Of a DNA stretch of 64,000 bases, positions 9,155 through 19,802 are shown piece by piece (position 1 is the stretch's first letter; every line of letters starts with the position of its first letter). The position numbers and the translations under genes were made by a program. The notes under the pieces are model-generated. The model worked only from the letters and a program-made list of their open reading frames with translations, made no database searches and was not told where the DNA came from. The DNA comes from Nitrospirota bacterium (GTDB taxonomy: Bacteria; Nitrospirota; Nitrospiria; Nitrospirales; NS-4): contig CAWBGA010000002.1 of assembly GCA_963788195.1 (NCBI GenBank), forward strand, positions 64,001 to 128,000. The letters are read 5' to 3'.

Positions 9155-10618
9155 GTGAGCGATGCCACTCCATCTGACTCTCTAAACGTACAACGCGACT
9201 CCGGCCATCTGAGGCGCGTCCTGGGCCTACGCGAGGCGATCGCCCTCGTGGTCGGGTCCATGGTGGGCTCCGGAATCTTCATCGTCTCGGCAGACATTGC
9301 CCGCCAGGTGAAAAGCCCGGGATTGTTGCTGGTGGTCTGGCTCGTGACCGGCCTCATGACCGTCATCGCCGCGGCTTACTATGGGGAACTGGCGGCGTCC
9401 ATGCCTCATTCCGGTGGACAATACGTCTATCTGCGGGAATGCTTCGGGCCGCTCTCGGGCTTTGTGTACGGCTGGTCGATGTTATTGGTCATTCAGACCG
9501 CCACGATCGCAGCAGTCGCCGTGGCCTTTGCGAAATTCGCAGGAGTGGTCGTACCGTGGTTTTCCTCCGAAGTGTGGATTTGGAAGCTTGGAGAATTGGG
9601 CCCCTATAGCATCGGCCTCAACACCCAAAACCTCCTTGCGATTCTCTCAATCGTCGTCTTGACCTGGGTCAATCTCCAGGGTGTCCGCTTGGGCGCCCTC
9701 GTGCAAAACCTCTTCACCTACACGAAAACGGCTGCGTTAGCCGGCATGGTTCTTCTGGGAATCATCTTTGCCAACCCTGCCGCCCTGCGGGCCAACCGCG
9801 TAGACTTTTGGGGACCCCTCGGAACCGGATCCGAAATTGAATGGATGGCGCTCATGACCATGATCGCGATTGCGATGGTAGGGTCGCTGTTTGCCGCGGA
9901 TGCCTGGAACAATGTGACCTTCGTTGCCGGAGAGGTAAAGAACGCGGAGCGTACATTGCCGAAGGCGTTGGCCTTGGGTGCCGGAATCGTCATGCTCCTG
10001 TACCTTCTTGTGAATGTGGCTTATCTGAGTATTTTGCCTCTGCGTGGGTCGCCCGATGCCACGACGGTCATAGGTCGCGGGATCGAATACGCCGCAGAGG
10101 ATCGTGTCAGTATCGCCGCTGCGGAAGTCGTTCTTGGCTCAACCGGCGCCATCATCATGGCAGTCGCCGTGATGATTTCCACATTTGGCTGTAACAATGG
10201 CCTGATTCTCGCCGGGGCGCGGGTGTACTACGCGATGGCCCGTGACGGGGTATTTTTCCGAAACGTTGGTGCTGTGAATCGCCATGGCGTCCCCGGCGTC
10301 GCCTTAATGCTCCAGGGAGTATGGGCTTCGCTGCTTTGCGTATCAGGGACTTACGGGCAACTGTTGGATTTTCTCATTTTCACAGTCATGTTGTTCTACA
10401 TGATGACCATGATAGGTGTCTTTGCTGTTCGGCGCAGGCCAGGTCCCAAGATGTCGTACCGTGCGCCCGGATTTCCGGTTCTTCCGATTATTTACCTGCT
10501 CCTTGCGGGCTTTATTGAGATTCAGTTGCTGCGATACAAGCCCCAATACACCTGGCCGGGGTTGTTGGTGGTGCTGCTTGGCATTCCCGTCTATTTCTTC
10601 TGGAAAAAAGGTCGCTAG
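9155..10618 (+). CDS. APC-family amino acid permease
   Basis: VGSMVGSGIF, YGELAASMPHSGGQYVYL, AWNNVTFVAGEVKN; about 12 TM segments. Confidence 0.92.
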   Translation: MSDATPSDSLNVQRDSGHLRRVLGLREAIALVVGSMVGSGIFIVSADIARQVKSPGLLLVVWLVTGLMTVIAAAYYGELAASMPHSGGQYVYLRECFGPLSGFVYGWSMLLVIQTATIAAVAVAFAKFAGVVVPWFSSEVWIWKLGELGPYSIGLNTQNLLAILSIVVLTWVNLQGVRLGALVQNLFTYTKTAALAGMVLLGIIFANPAALRANRVDFWGPLGTGSEIEWMALMTMIAIAMVGSLFAADAWNNVTFVAGEVKNAERTLPKALALGAGIVMLLYLLVNVAYLSILPLRGSPDATTVIGRGIEYAAEDRVSIAAAEVVLGSTGAIIMAVAVMISTFGCNNGLILAGARVYYAMARDGVFFRNVGAVNRHGVPGVALMLQGVWASLLCVSGTYGQLLDFLIFTVMLFYMMTMIGVFAVRRRPGPKMSYRAPGFPVLPIIYLLLAGFIEIQLLRYKPQYTWPGLLVVLLGIPVYFFWKKGR

Positions 10619-10932
10619 GGGAAAAGGAGGCTGTCCAGGGGTCAAGGCCCTGTCTCGGCGGGGCCGGGGTGTGGCGGGTGAAATGGAACTCCAGGGCTGG
10701 GCGGGTGCAATGGGAAAGAAGAGGCTGTCTTGGCAGCCTCCAGGGCTGGGCGGGTGTAAGGGGAAAAGAAATCTGTCCCACGGGACAAAAGCCTGGCGGG
10801 GCACCCATTGCTCCTCAAATGCAATGGGTCAAATGGCTTGGGGCGGGTGGGTGAAATACGATTCTAGGCCACGGGACAAGGCGCTGTCTTGGCAGCGCCG
10901 GGGCTGGGCGGGTGCAATGGAGGGTGCAATGG
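10619..10932. repeat. Cluster of modular palindromic repeats (family A with nested module B)
   Basis: Hairpins at 10646-10665, 10721-10740 and 10880-10899, each followed by a GGGCTGGGCGGGTG(C/T)AA-like tail; ACCCATTGC..GCAATGGGT at 10803-10829. Confidence 0.85.
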
Positions 10933-11868
10933 CTACGGAAACCGGTCTGCCACGACAGCCGGCCCTTTGCCGGCCAAGTGGCCCCCCGCCATATATGGCG
11001 ATGTATGACGGATGGCGAAGTGACCAGTGCGTGCGAGGACGAGCGCTCCTGCCGACGTCTCATGGGGCGCCGCAAAGCGTCTGACCAGCAGATTGAGTGC
11101 CCGGCGAACCGCGGAGGCGATCCTTTCATCAGGACCTAATCGGTCCACGATGTCCTTGGCCAGGGTCAAACGCACAATACTTTCGCCGACGCCTGTCATG
11201 GATACCGCGCCTTTCTCGTTGTCGGCATACACTCCGCAGCCGATCAAAGGCGTGTCCCCCACCCGGCCCGGCAACATAAAGGCGATCCCGCCGGTCGAGG
11301 CGCCGGCGGCGAGATCGCCGCGACGGTCAAGCGCCACAGCCCCAACAGTCTCCTCCCGAAGCATTTCCGCATATAGTTTCACCGTATCCCGCTGTCTGCC
11401 GAGGGCCCGAGCGACCGCGCGGATGCTCCTGCGTTGCGTCTGCGTCGGCGCGGCTTGACGCTCGAGCTTGAAGTGCCGAGCCAAGCGTGTTGCGGGAGGG
11501 CCGGCGATCAGGACGTGCGAGGTCTTGTTCATCACCAGGCGGGCCGCGCTGATCGGGTGACAAACCTGCTCGATCCCGGCGACCGCGCCGGCCCGCAAGT
11601 CTCGTCCCTCCATGAGCGCTGCATCCATGCGCCGCACGCCGTCTAGTTGCAACCGGGAGCCGGCGCCGGCATTGAAGATCCCGGAGGATTCAAGGATGCG
11701 GATAGCCTCTTCAACAGCGTCAATGGCGGGCCCCCCGCGATGCAGCACCGTGCTGCCGGTGGCGAGCGCCAGCCGAAGACATTCGTGCTGTCTCCGTGTC
11801 AGAGGCCGCGGGCCCGCTCCGCCGTGTGCGAGAATCACGGGGCATACCGGATGCCGTGGGGTTTTCAT
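10933..11868 (-). CDS. iaaA: Isoaspartyl peptidase/L-asparaginase (Ntn hydrolase)
   Basis: HGGAG, FNAGAGS, MDAALM, ETVGAVALD nucleophile Thr, STGG, GRVGDTP. Confidence 0.88.
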   Translation of the reverse strand: MKTPRHPVCPVILAHGGAGPRPLTRRQHECLRLALATGSTVLHRGGPAIDAVEEAIRILESSGIFNAGAGSRLQLDGVRRMDAALMEGRDLRAGAVAGIEQVCHPISAARLVMNKTSHVLIAGPPATRLARHFKLERQAAPTQTQRRSIRAVARALGRQRDTVKLYAEMLREETVGAVALDRRGDLAAGASTGGIAFMLPGRVGDTPLIGCGVYADNEKGAVSMTGVGESIVRLTLAKDIVDRLGPDERIASAVRRALNLLVRRFAAPHETSAGALVLARTGHFAIRHTSPYMAGGHLAGKGPAVVADRFP

Positions 11869-12344
11869 TCAGGCTTGCCGGCCACGAGGCGTGCCCGGTA
11901 GCGCGCGATCAGGACTCGCTCGGCCCACATTCCGACGACGACGACGACGATCACGAAGATCAACAGCGCGATGATGCGACCATCGCCTGCGGTAGACGGA
12001 TGCAGGTAAAATTTTCCGTCAGCCCCTTTGGTAATCGGCACATCCTTGGAAAACTTGTGCACCTGCCCGGAAGCGTCCTTCAGATTGATCCATTCTTTGC
12101 ACAGACGGACTGGATCCTGTTCACCTTGGGGTCGGTACCACGCCATTCGCAAGCAGACATCCTGCACGGGATCGAAGAGGTCCCGCTCCCCGAAGACCTG
12201 ATCGAGGTCGAGTCCACTGACCCAGAGGGCTGATAGGAAGAGCGCGTTGGCGGCAACAATGAAACCGATGGTCAGACGGACCGCGAACCTTCTGACGCGC
12301 GCGGCAACTTCTGGCGCAGCAGTTGTCTTCGCTATCATCATCAC
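11865..12344 (-). CDS. Hypothetical two-TM membrane protein
   Basis: Two hydrophobic helices around a Cys-containing loop; 4-nt overlap with the downstream gene. Confidence 0.7.
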   Translation of the reverse strand: MMMIAKTTAAPEVAARVRRFAVRLTIGFIVAANALFLSALWVSGLDLDQVFGERDLFDPVQDVCLRMAWYRPQGEQDPVRLCKEWINLKDASGQVHKFSKDVPITKGADGKFYLHPSTAGDGRIIALLIFVIVVVVVGMWAERVLIARYRARLVAGKPE

Positions 12345-12382
12345 GCCGGGCCCGCGGGGAGAGGGTGAAAGAACGTTCTTGG

Positions 12383-13279
12383 CTAATTGACGATTTCGGT
12401 GCCGATACCCTTATCCGTAAAAATCTCCAACAGGATCGCGTGCGGAATCCGGCCGTCGATCACGTGCGTTTTCTTGACGCCGGCCTCGAGCGCGCCCAGG
12501 CACGCTTGGACCTTCGGCAGCATGCCCTCACTGATCGTCCCCTTTTTAACCATACGCGCCACATCCTTACGCGCAAGAGTCGAGATATGTCTGCCCTCTT
12601 CGTCTTTGATGCCGCGCACGTCGGTGAGAAGCACCAGTTTTTCAGCCATGAGAGCGCTGGCCACTGCGCCGGCGACGAGATCGGCGTTGATATTGTAGGT
12701 CAGCCCGTCTTTACTCAGGCCCATCGGGGCAATGACCGGGACGACGTGGCTTGCCTGCAGCGTAAGCAACAGCGTGGGATCGATGTGTTGCACATCGCCG
12801 ACGAGCCCATAATCTTCATGTGCCTCCAGTCCCCCCAGGTCGGTCCCGAGCTTCTTCATCCACTCAGCTCGGGTAAAGGGTTTCGCCATAATCAACCCGC
12901 CGTCTTTGCCGCTGAGACCGACCGCCTTGATCCCATGGCGACTGATCAGCGCCGCTATCTCTTTATTGATCGCGCCGCCGAGCACCATTTCAACCACTTC
13001 CATAGTGGCCTCGTCTGTCACGCGTACTCCCTGCCGAAACTTCGGCTCGATGGCGAGTCGCTTCAGCATCTGATCAATTTGCGGACCGCCGCCGTGGACC
13101 ACAACCGGGTTTAAACCCACGTACTTCAACAGGACCACGTCTGTGGCAAAGCCCTCCTTCAACCTTGGGTCCGTCATCGCTTTGCCGCCGTATTTAATGA
13201 CGATCGTTTTTCCGGCGAAGGCCCGAATGTAGGGGAGGGCTTCGACGAGCACGTTCGCTTTTTTGATCAGCTTGTCCAT
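12383..13279 (-). CDS. argB: Acetylglutamate kinase
   Basis: VIKYGGKAM, VVHGGGPQI, YNINAD, GMLPKV. Confidence 0.96.
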   Translation of the reverse strand: MDKLIKKANVLVEALPYIRAFAGKTIVIKYGGKAMTDPRLKEGFATDVVLLKYVGLNPVVVHGGGPQIDQMLKRLAIEPKFRQGVRVTDEATMEVVEMVLGGAINKEIAALISRHGIKAVGLSGKDGGLIMAKPFTRAEWMKKLGTDLGGLEAHEDYGLVGDVQHIDPTLLLTLQASHVVPVIAPMGLSKDGLTYNINADLVAGAVASALMAEKLVLLTDVRGIKDEEGRHISTLARKDVARMVKKGTISEGMLPKVQACLGALEAGVKKTHVIDGRIPHAILLEIFTDKGIGTEIVN

Positions 13280-13287
13280 CGACCGTC

Positions 13288-14675
13288 CTATAGAATAAAC
13301 CGGCTCAGGTCCTCGTCCTTGACGATGTCCTTTAACCGAGCTTTCACGGCGTCGGCGTCAATCCGGATTTTTTTCTCGGTGAGTGTCGGCGCCTCAAAGG
13401 AGATTTCTTCGAGGAGCCGTTCCATGATGGTAAACAACCGTCGGGCGCCGATATTCTCGGAACGTTCGTTCACCAGGACTGCAGTGGCCGCGATTTCCTC
13501 GAGCGCGTCGGCGGTGAAATCCAGCGTAATCCCTTCCGTCTCGAGGAGCGCCGGTGTACTGCTTGATCAAGGCGTTCTGGGGCTCCGTAAGGATGCGGAT
13601 AAAATCTTCCTTCGTCAGGGGGCTCAGTTCGACACGGATGGGAAAGCGACCTTGGAGCTCGGGAATCAGATCGGAGGGTTTGGCGACATGGAAGGCCCCG
13701 GCTGCTATGAAAAGAATGTGGTCCGTCTTCACAGGCCCATATTTGGTTGTCACCGTGGAGCCTTCGACGATCGGGAGCAGATCGCGCTGGACCCCTTCGC
13801 GCGACACGTCCGGGCCGAGGCTGCGTTCGCGACCGGCGATCTTATCGATCTCGTCCAGGAAGATGATGCCGTTTTGCTCGGTCTTTGCGATCGCTTCCTT
13901 GACCACGGCTTCCATATCGATCAGCTTCTGCGCTTCTTCCTGAATCAGAAGCTCGCGCGCTTCCGGCACTTTGACCATGCGGCGCTTTTTCTTGGCGGGA
14001 AACATGCCTCCCAGCATTTCCTGAAGCTGGTCCTGAATCTGCTCCATGCCGCCGATGTTCGAGATGACGCCGATGGGAACCGTCGATTTGTCTTTGACTT
14101 CGATTTCAACGGTGCGCGTATCCAATTTCCCGTCGTATAGTTGGAGGCGTAGCTTGGACCTGGTGTTTTCGTACCCTTCAATAGGGCGCAGTGCTGCGTG
14201 CATCGTCGAAGATTCCTACCTTGGCGCCGGCCGGGGGCAGCAGCAGGTCGAGCAACCGTTCCTCCGCCTGAGTCTCGGCCTTCTTCTGAATGCGCTGCCC
14301 GTACTCGGTCTTTGCCATACTGACGGCCTGTTCCACGAGATCTCTGACCATGGACTCGCAATCCCTACCGACATATCCAACCTCGGTGAACTTGGAGGCC
14401 TCGACTTTGATGAAAGGCGCCTGGGTCAACTTCGCTAAACGACGCGAGATTTCCGTCTTTCCGACGCCTGTGGGGCCGATCATGATAATGTTCTTGGGAA
14501 TCACCTCATCGCGGAGGTGGTCAGGCAGCCTCTGACGCCGCCAGCGTGTGCGAAGCGCGATGGCAACCATTCGCTTGGCGTCGCGCTGACCGATGACGTA
14601 TCGGTCCAGTTCATCAACGATCTGCCGGGGCGTTAAGTTTTCCATTCGGTGTCCGTCGTTGTTGTCTAACGTCAT
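13288..14675 (-). CDS. hslU: ATP-dependent protease ATPase subunit HslU (split by about 2 frameshifts)
   Basis: Three consecutive ORFs: [62 protein letters not shown]. Confidence 0.95.
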
Positions 14676-14682
14676 GGATAGG

Positions 14683-15228
14683 CTATTTCGGCGCAGTCAG
14701 CTCTTCGACAGTGATTTCAATGTTCGTATAAATGTCAATGCCTCCGGCGATCCGCAGGGACTCTTCCACCAGGGTCCGTGCGTCCAGCGTCGAATGGCCC
14801 AGCAAGGCTCTGGCTGACGCCAGCGCGTAGGGACCGCCCGATCCGATCGCAAGGATGCCGTCCTCCGGTTCGATCACGTCCCCGGTGCCTGAGATTATTA
14901 ATGAAGTCGTCTTATCGGCCACCGCCAGAAGCGCCTCGAGCCGTCTCAGAATTCGGTCCGTCCGCCAATCCTTTGCGAGTTCCACGGCTGCGCGGGTCAG
15001 GTTTCCTCGGTATTCCTGAAGTTTCGCGTCGAACTTTTCGAATAGCGTGAAGGCATCGGCGGTGGCGCCGGCGAATCCCGCGAGTACTGAATCATTATAC
15101 ATGCGCCGCAGCTTCTTTGCGTTGTGCTTCATGACCGTCGTGCCGACGGTGACTTGGCCGTCGCAGCCCATGGCCACATGCTCGTCGCGGCGCACGCAGA
15201 GAACGCTCGTCGAGCGGATAATGGGCAT
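14683..15228 (-). CDS. hslV: ATP-dependent protease subunit HslV
   Basis: [34 protein letters not shown]. Confidence 0.96.
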   Translation of the reverse strand: MPIIRSTSVLCVRRDEHVAMGCDGQVTVGTTVMKHNAKKLRRMYNDSVLAGFAGATADAFTLFEKFDAKLQEYRGNLTRAAVELAKDWRTDRILRRLEALLAVADKTTSLIISGTGDVIEPEDGILAIGSGGPYALASARALLGHSTLDARTLVEESLRIAGGIDIYTNIEITVEELTAPK

Positions 15229-16143
15229 CAGGATATGGCTCGAGCGTGCGCTCGGGGGTGCGCTTTGTCATAGGTTTCCAGGATCCGATCGAAGGCCACA
15301 TGTGTGTAGCGCTGGGTCGTTGACAAGGACGCGTGCCCTAACAATTCCTGGATCGCCCGCAGGTCCACGCCCCCATCCAGGAGATGAGTCGCAAAGGAGT
15401 GGCGGAGGCCGTGGGGAGTGACCCTCGGAAAGTTGACTAGGTCACGCACGGCGTTGGCCACAAGTCGCTCCACGCTGCGAACTGTCAGACGCCCTCCGCG
15501 ACGATTGCGGAACAGCGGAGCACGCGTTTTGTCATGGGAGCCTTCAGCGCGTGATACAGACGTTGGGAGCGAGCGGACGTACGCTTTCAGCGCAAGGACC
15601 GCCGGCCGCCCCAGCGGAACGATCCGCTCCTTGCGGCCCTTGCCCAGCACTGTGGCGACGCCCTCATCAAGGTCGATATCCTTGAGATCAAGGTTCACAA
15701 GCTCTGAAACTCGAGCCCCGGAAGAATATAGGGTCTCTAACAAGGCCTGGTCTCGCAGTGACCGGGGGCGACGTGGATAATCCATCAGTCGCTTCGCATC
15801 GTCCGCGGTCAAGACCTGCGGCAGTTTGCGATCCAGTTTCGGCCCGGATATGGCTTCAGCCGGATTTCGCGTAATCGCATCTTCGCGACAAAGGTATCTA
15901 AACAGACTCCGGATCGCCGAGAGCTTGCGGCTCCTCGTAGCTTTGCCGTCTCCCTTGTTGGCGCGAAGCGCCATGAAGCTGCGGATGGTGAACGGTTGCA
16001 CGCTGCGCGGGCGTCCCGATCTGCTCATGGCGGAGAAAGGCCAGTAGTTGGCCGAGATCTTGGCCATAGTTACGAAGCGTATGCGGCGACGCCCTTCGTT
16101 CAGTCTGAAGGTATGTCAGGAAAGACCGGACCGCTGCATCCAT
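15228..16143 (-). CDS. xerC: Tyrosine recombinase XerC (N-terminal frameshift)
   Basis: [26 protein letters not shown] then [46 protein letters not shown]; trmFO-xerC-hslVU synteny. Confidence 0.9.
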
Positions 16144-17432
16144 GTCGAAAAGTCCTCCAGCGCACGGCGAGCGATCTGGCTCTGGCGCTCCCGTTTGTCA
16201 CGGATTCGGCTGACCAAAGGCGGAAATAATCCGTAGTTCATATTCATCGGTTGAAAATGGCGAGGGTCGCTGGTCACGATGTAATGTAGGAGTGCGCCGT
16301 GGCCTGTCGTCTCGGGGACGGTGACCGGATCCATGTTCTGCAGCAGGCGGGCTGCGTTGATCCCCGCAAGGCCCCCGGAGGCGGCTGCTTCCGTATACCC
16401 TTCGACGCCAACCAGTTGTCCGGCGATGAAGACTCGTGGCTGATATTTGAGTTGCAGGCTCGTTTGAAGCAATGCCGGCGCATTGACGAAGGTGTTGCGA
16501 TGGACGCTTCCGTAGCGCAGGAACTCGACGTTCGCCAGACCGGGGATCATGCGAAAGACGCGCTTCTGCGCGCCATAGGTAAGTTTTGTCTGAAAGCCGA
16601 CGAGGTTATAGCAGGTGCCGTGTTGGTTCTCCATTCGAAGTTGCACCACTGCGTACGGCCGCGCCTGCGTTTTCGGATCTGTGAGCCCGACAGGTTTCAA
16701 CGGGCCGAACATCATAGTATCTCGGCCTCGTTCCGCCATCACCTCGATGGGAAGGCATCCTTCAAAGTACGGCACTTTTTCAAATTCCTTCGGAACGACT
16801 TTATCCGCCGTGAGCAGTGCTTGATAGAAGGCCTCGTACTCAATCTCCGTCATGGGACAGTTCAAATAGTCCGCGTCCCCTTTGTCATAGCGAGAAGCCC
16901 TAAAGACCAGATCATGGTCGATGCTCTCCGCATCGACAATAGGAGCTATGGCGTCAAAGAAGTACAGATGCTGGGAACGCGTCAACGTCTTCAACTCGGC
17001 GGCGAGAGCATCGGAGGTAAGCGGGCCCGTTGCAACAATCACGATCCCGTCAGCCGGGAGCGTGGCGACATGCTCGTGGACAATGCGTATGTTCGGGTGG
17101 CTCTCCAGCGCTTGAGTAATCTTCTGAGCAAAGACATCACGATCCACCGCCAGCGCGCTCCCTGCGGGGACCCGCGCTTCATCGGCAATCTTCATGATGA
17201 GGGAGCCGAGGAGGCGCATCTCGGCTTTGAGGATGCCCGGCGCCGTGAGGCTGTCGTCGGAGCCCAACGAATTAGAGCACACGAGCTCGGCGAGAAATCC
17301 GGTCTTGTGCGCCGGCGTCGGCTCCTTGGGACGCATCTCATACAGCGTCACGCGCGCGCCACGATTGGCTGCTTGCCAGGCTGCTTCGGACCCCGCCAGG
17401 CCGCCGCCGATAATAACAATGTCTTGTTTCAT
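16116..17432 (-). CDS. trmFO: Folate-dependent tRNA (uracil-54) methyltransferase TrmFO
   Basis: GGGLAGSEAAWQ, AELVCSNSL, FEGCLPIE, GVEGYTEAA. Confidence 0.96.
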   Translation of the reverse strand: MKQDIVIIGGGLAGSEAAWQAANRGARVTLYEMRPKEPTPAHKTGFLAELVCSNSLGSDDSLTAPGILKAEMRLLGSLIMKIADEARVPAGSALAVDRDVFAQKITQALESHPNIRIVHEHVATLPADGIVIVATGPLTSDALAAELKTLTRSQHLYFFDAIAPIVDAESIDHDLVFRASRYDKGDADYLNCPMTEIEYEAFYQALLTADKVVPKEFEKVPYFEGCLPIEVMAERGRDTMMFGPLKPVGLTDPKTQARPYAVVQLRMENQHGTCYNLVGFQTKLTYGAQKRVFRMIPGLANVEFLRYGSVHRNTFVNAPALLQTSLQLKYQPRVFIAGQLVGVEGYTEAAASGGLAGINAARLLQNMDPVTVPETTGHGALLHYIVTSDPRHFQPMNMNYGLFPPLVSRIRDKRERQSQIARRALEDFSTWMQRSGLS

Positions 17433-17447
17433 CGGGAAGAGATTCTA

Positions 17448-19790
17448 TCACACTTCGGTGTAGTCGCAGCCCTCAGCGCGGCACACGATGGAGTTTCCCG
17501 CTTGCTTGGAGTACTTCTCGACGAGGAAGGTCGCCTGGCATTTCGGGCATGGCCTCGGAACAGGCCGATCCCAGATCGCGAACTTGCAGGTGGGATAATT
17601 CGTGCACGCGAAGAAAGTACGCCCCTTCTTGCTGCGCTTTTGCGCAAGATCGCCGCCGTCCTGCGGGCATTTGACGCCGAGGGGAATCGGCTTGGTCGTC
17701 TTGCACGTAGGATACGCGGAGCACGCGATGAACTCTCCAAAGCGGCCGGTCTTAATCACCATTTGCGAGCCGCATTTTTCGCATTTCTCCTCGGTCGTCA
17801 TCTCTTTCTTCGCAACAATCTTGATCGTCCCGTCCGGCAACTTTTCAAAGTTCTGCGTGTTTTTGCAGGGGGGATCATCCTGGTAGCCAGGGCACGCGAG
17901 GAACTTGCCGTTGCGGCCCCACTTGATCTCCATCATCCGCCCACATTTCTCACAGGTGACATTCGTAGGAGGCTGGACGACGTCCCTCGGGCCCGGAAGG
18001 TCTTTCGCCTTCTCCATATCCTTGCTAAACGGGGTATAAAAATCGCGAACCGCCGCCACCCAGTTTTTTTCGCCCTCTTCCACTTCGTCGAGTTCCTTTT
18101 CCATTTGGGAAGTGAAATCGACGTTGAGGATGTCGGGAAAGCCTTTGACGAGATAGTCATTCACAATCAACCCCGTCTCTGTCGGCACCAAGCGGCCTTC
18201 CTGTTTTTCCACATACCGACGTTCCTGAATGGTAGAGGTGATGGAGGCGTAGGTCGAAGGGCGCCCGATTCCTTTTTCCTCCAGTTCCTTGATTAAGAGC
18301 GACTCGTTGTACCGCGGTGCGGGCTGGGTAAAATGCTGCTTTGGAGACACTCCTGGTGATGCCTGCCCTTCCTGGGCGACGAGGCGTAAACGCTCGCCCT
18401 GGTCGAGCATGGGCAGCTGTCGCTCGTTCTCGTCTTCGGTGTCCTGGTCGGTGGCCGGAGTTTTTGTGACCTCAGCCTCGTTGGCTTCCTGATACACCGC
18501 AGTGTGACCCTGGAATTTGACCACCTTGCCGCTGGCGCGGAAGACGTAATGTGTCTTGGTCCCCTGTGGAACACAGTCCACCCGCGTCACCTCCAGCACG
18601 GCGGGGACCATTTGAGACGCGACGAAACGGTTCCAAATCAGCTTGTAGAGTTGGTAGTGGTCCCGCTCGAGATACTGTTTCACCGACTCTGGATCGCGAT
18701 GCACCGATGTCGGACGGATCGCTTCGTGAGCCTCTTGCGCGGCCTTTTGGTTCTTATACACGTTGCGGGTGGCGGGCAGATAGTTGTCACCAAAACGCGC
18801 TCGAATAAGCTCTCGGGCCTCCTCGGCCGCTTCATCTGAGATGCGTGTCGAGTCGGTTCGCATGTACGTGATCAGTCCCACCGGTCCTTCTTTGCCGATG
18901 TCGATCCCCTCATAGAGTTGCTGTGCGAGCATCATGGTTTTCTTGGAACTGAAACGCAACTTGCTTGCTGCGTCCCGTTGCAGGCGGCTCGTGATAAACG
19001 GGGCGAGGGGATTGCGACGCTCCTCTTTACGCTCAATGGCCTCGGCCAGAAAGTCCTTGCCATGGACATCCTGCACGATCTGGGTGGCATGCGTTTCCGA
19101 GGAAACCACAGCTTTTTGACGGTCGATGCTGTGCAGTTTGGCGTCAAACGGTGGCGGATTCTTGCCGGCAAGGGTGGCCGTTATCGACCAGTATTCCTCA
19201 GGTCGGAACGCCTCACGCTCCCGCTCGCGGTCGCACACCAGCATGAGTGCGACTGATTGAACGCGCCCCATGCTCAATCCCCGCCGCACTTTTTTCCAAA
19301 GCAATTGGCTTCCCTGATAGCCGACGATTCGATCCAACACGCGGCGGGCCTGCTGAGCGTTGACAAGATTCATGTCAATATCGCCGGGCGACAGCAGGGC
19401 TCGCTTGACGGCAGCTTGGGTGATTTCGTTAAACAACACGCGAAAGACTTTCCGGTTTTTGCCTTTCGCCGTCGTTTTGCCCTTCGGTGTGCCGTTGATT
19501 TCTCCGGCTATATGCCAGGCGATTGCCTCCCCTTCGCGGTCAGGATCGGGGGCCAGGAAGACCTTGTCCGAAGCGTCCGCCTTTTTCTTAATATCCGCCA
19601 GGACCTGCGCTTTGCCCTTTATAGTTACATAATGCGGCTTGAAGTCATGTTCGAGATCGACCCCAAGCTTGCTTTTGGGAAGGTCTTTGACGTGACCGAC
19701 CGACGCCATCACGGTATACCCCCGGCCGAGGTATTTGGTGATGGTCCGGGCCTTCGCGGGGGACTCGACGATGATCAGAGACTTGGCCAT
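17448..19790 (-). CDS. topA: DNA topoisomerase I
   Basis: IIVESPAKA, DPDREGEAI, GRVQS, ITYMRTDS, C-terminal Zn ribbons. Confidence 0.97.
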   Translation of the reverse strand: MAKSLIIVESPAKARTITKYLGRGYTVMASVGHVKDLPKSKLGVDLEHDFKPHYVTIKGKAQVLADIKKKADASDKVFLAPDPDREGEAIAWHIAGEINGTPKGKTTAKGKNRKVFRVLFNEITQAAVKRALLSPGDIDMNLVNAQQARRVLDRIVGYQGSQLLWKKVRRGLSMGRVQSVALMLVCDREREREAFRPEEYWSITATLAGKNPPPFDAKLHSIDRQKAVVSSETHATQIVQDVHGKDFLAEAIERKEERRNPLAPFITSRLQRDAASKLRFSSKKTMMLAQQLYEGIDIGKEGPVGLITYMRTDSTRISDEAAEEARELIRARFGDNYLPATRNVYKNQKAAQEAHEAIRPTSVHRDPESVKQYLERDHYQLYKLIWNRFVASQMVPAVLEVTRVDCVPQGTKTHYVFRASGKVVKFQGHTAVYQEANEAEVTKTPATDQDTEDENERQLPMLDQGERLRLVAQEGQASPGVSPKQHFTQPAPRYNESLLIKELEEKGIGRPSTYASITSTIQERRYVEKQEGRLVPTETGLIVNDYLVKGFPDILNVDFTSQMEKELDEVEEGEKNWVAAVRDFYTPFSKDMEKAKDLPGPRDVVQPPTNVTCEKCGRMMEIKWGRNGKFLACPGYQDDPPCKNTQNFEKLPDGTIKIVAKKEMTTEEKCEKCGSQMVIKTGRFGEFIACSAYPTCKTTKPIPLGVKCPQDGGDLAQKRSKKGRTFFACTNYPTCKFAIWDRPVPRPCPKCQATFLVEKYSKQAGNSIVCRAEGCDYTEV

Positions 19791-19802
19791 ACAGAATCCA
19801 TT

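Noticed and set aside
10619..10932. CRISPR array or integron attC array
   Set aside because: Repeats vary in sequence and spacing, there are no unique constant-length spacers, no cas or intI genes, and no RYYYAAC/GTTRRRY boxes
15228..16143. Tyrosine recombinase as a prophage or island integrase
   Set aside because: Sits in the conserved topA-trmFO-xerC-hslVU housekeeping context
16299..18296. 665-aa plus-strand ORF
   Set aside because: Antisense shadow of trmFO/topA in GC-rich DNA, with no recognisable motifs
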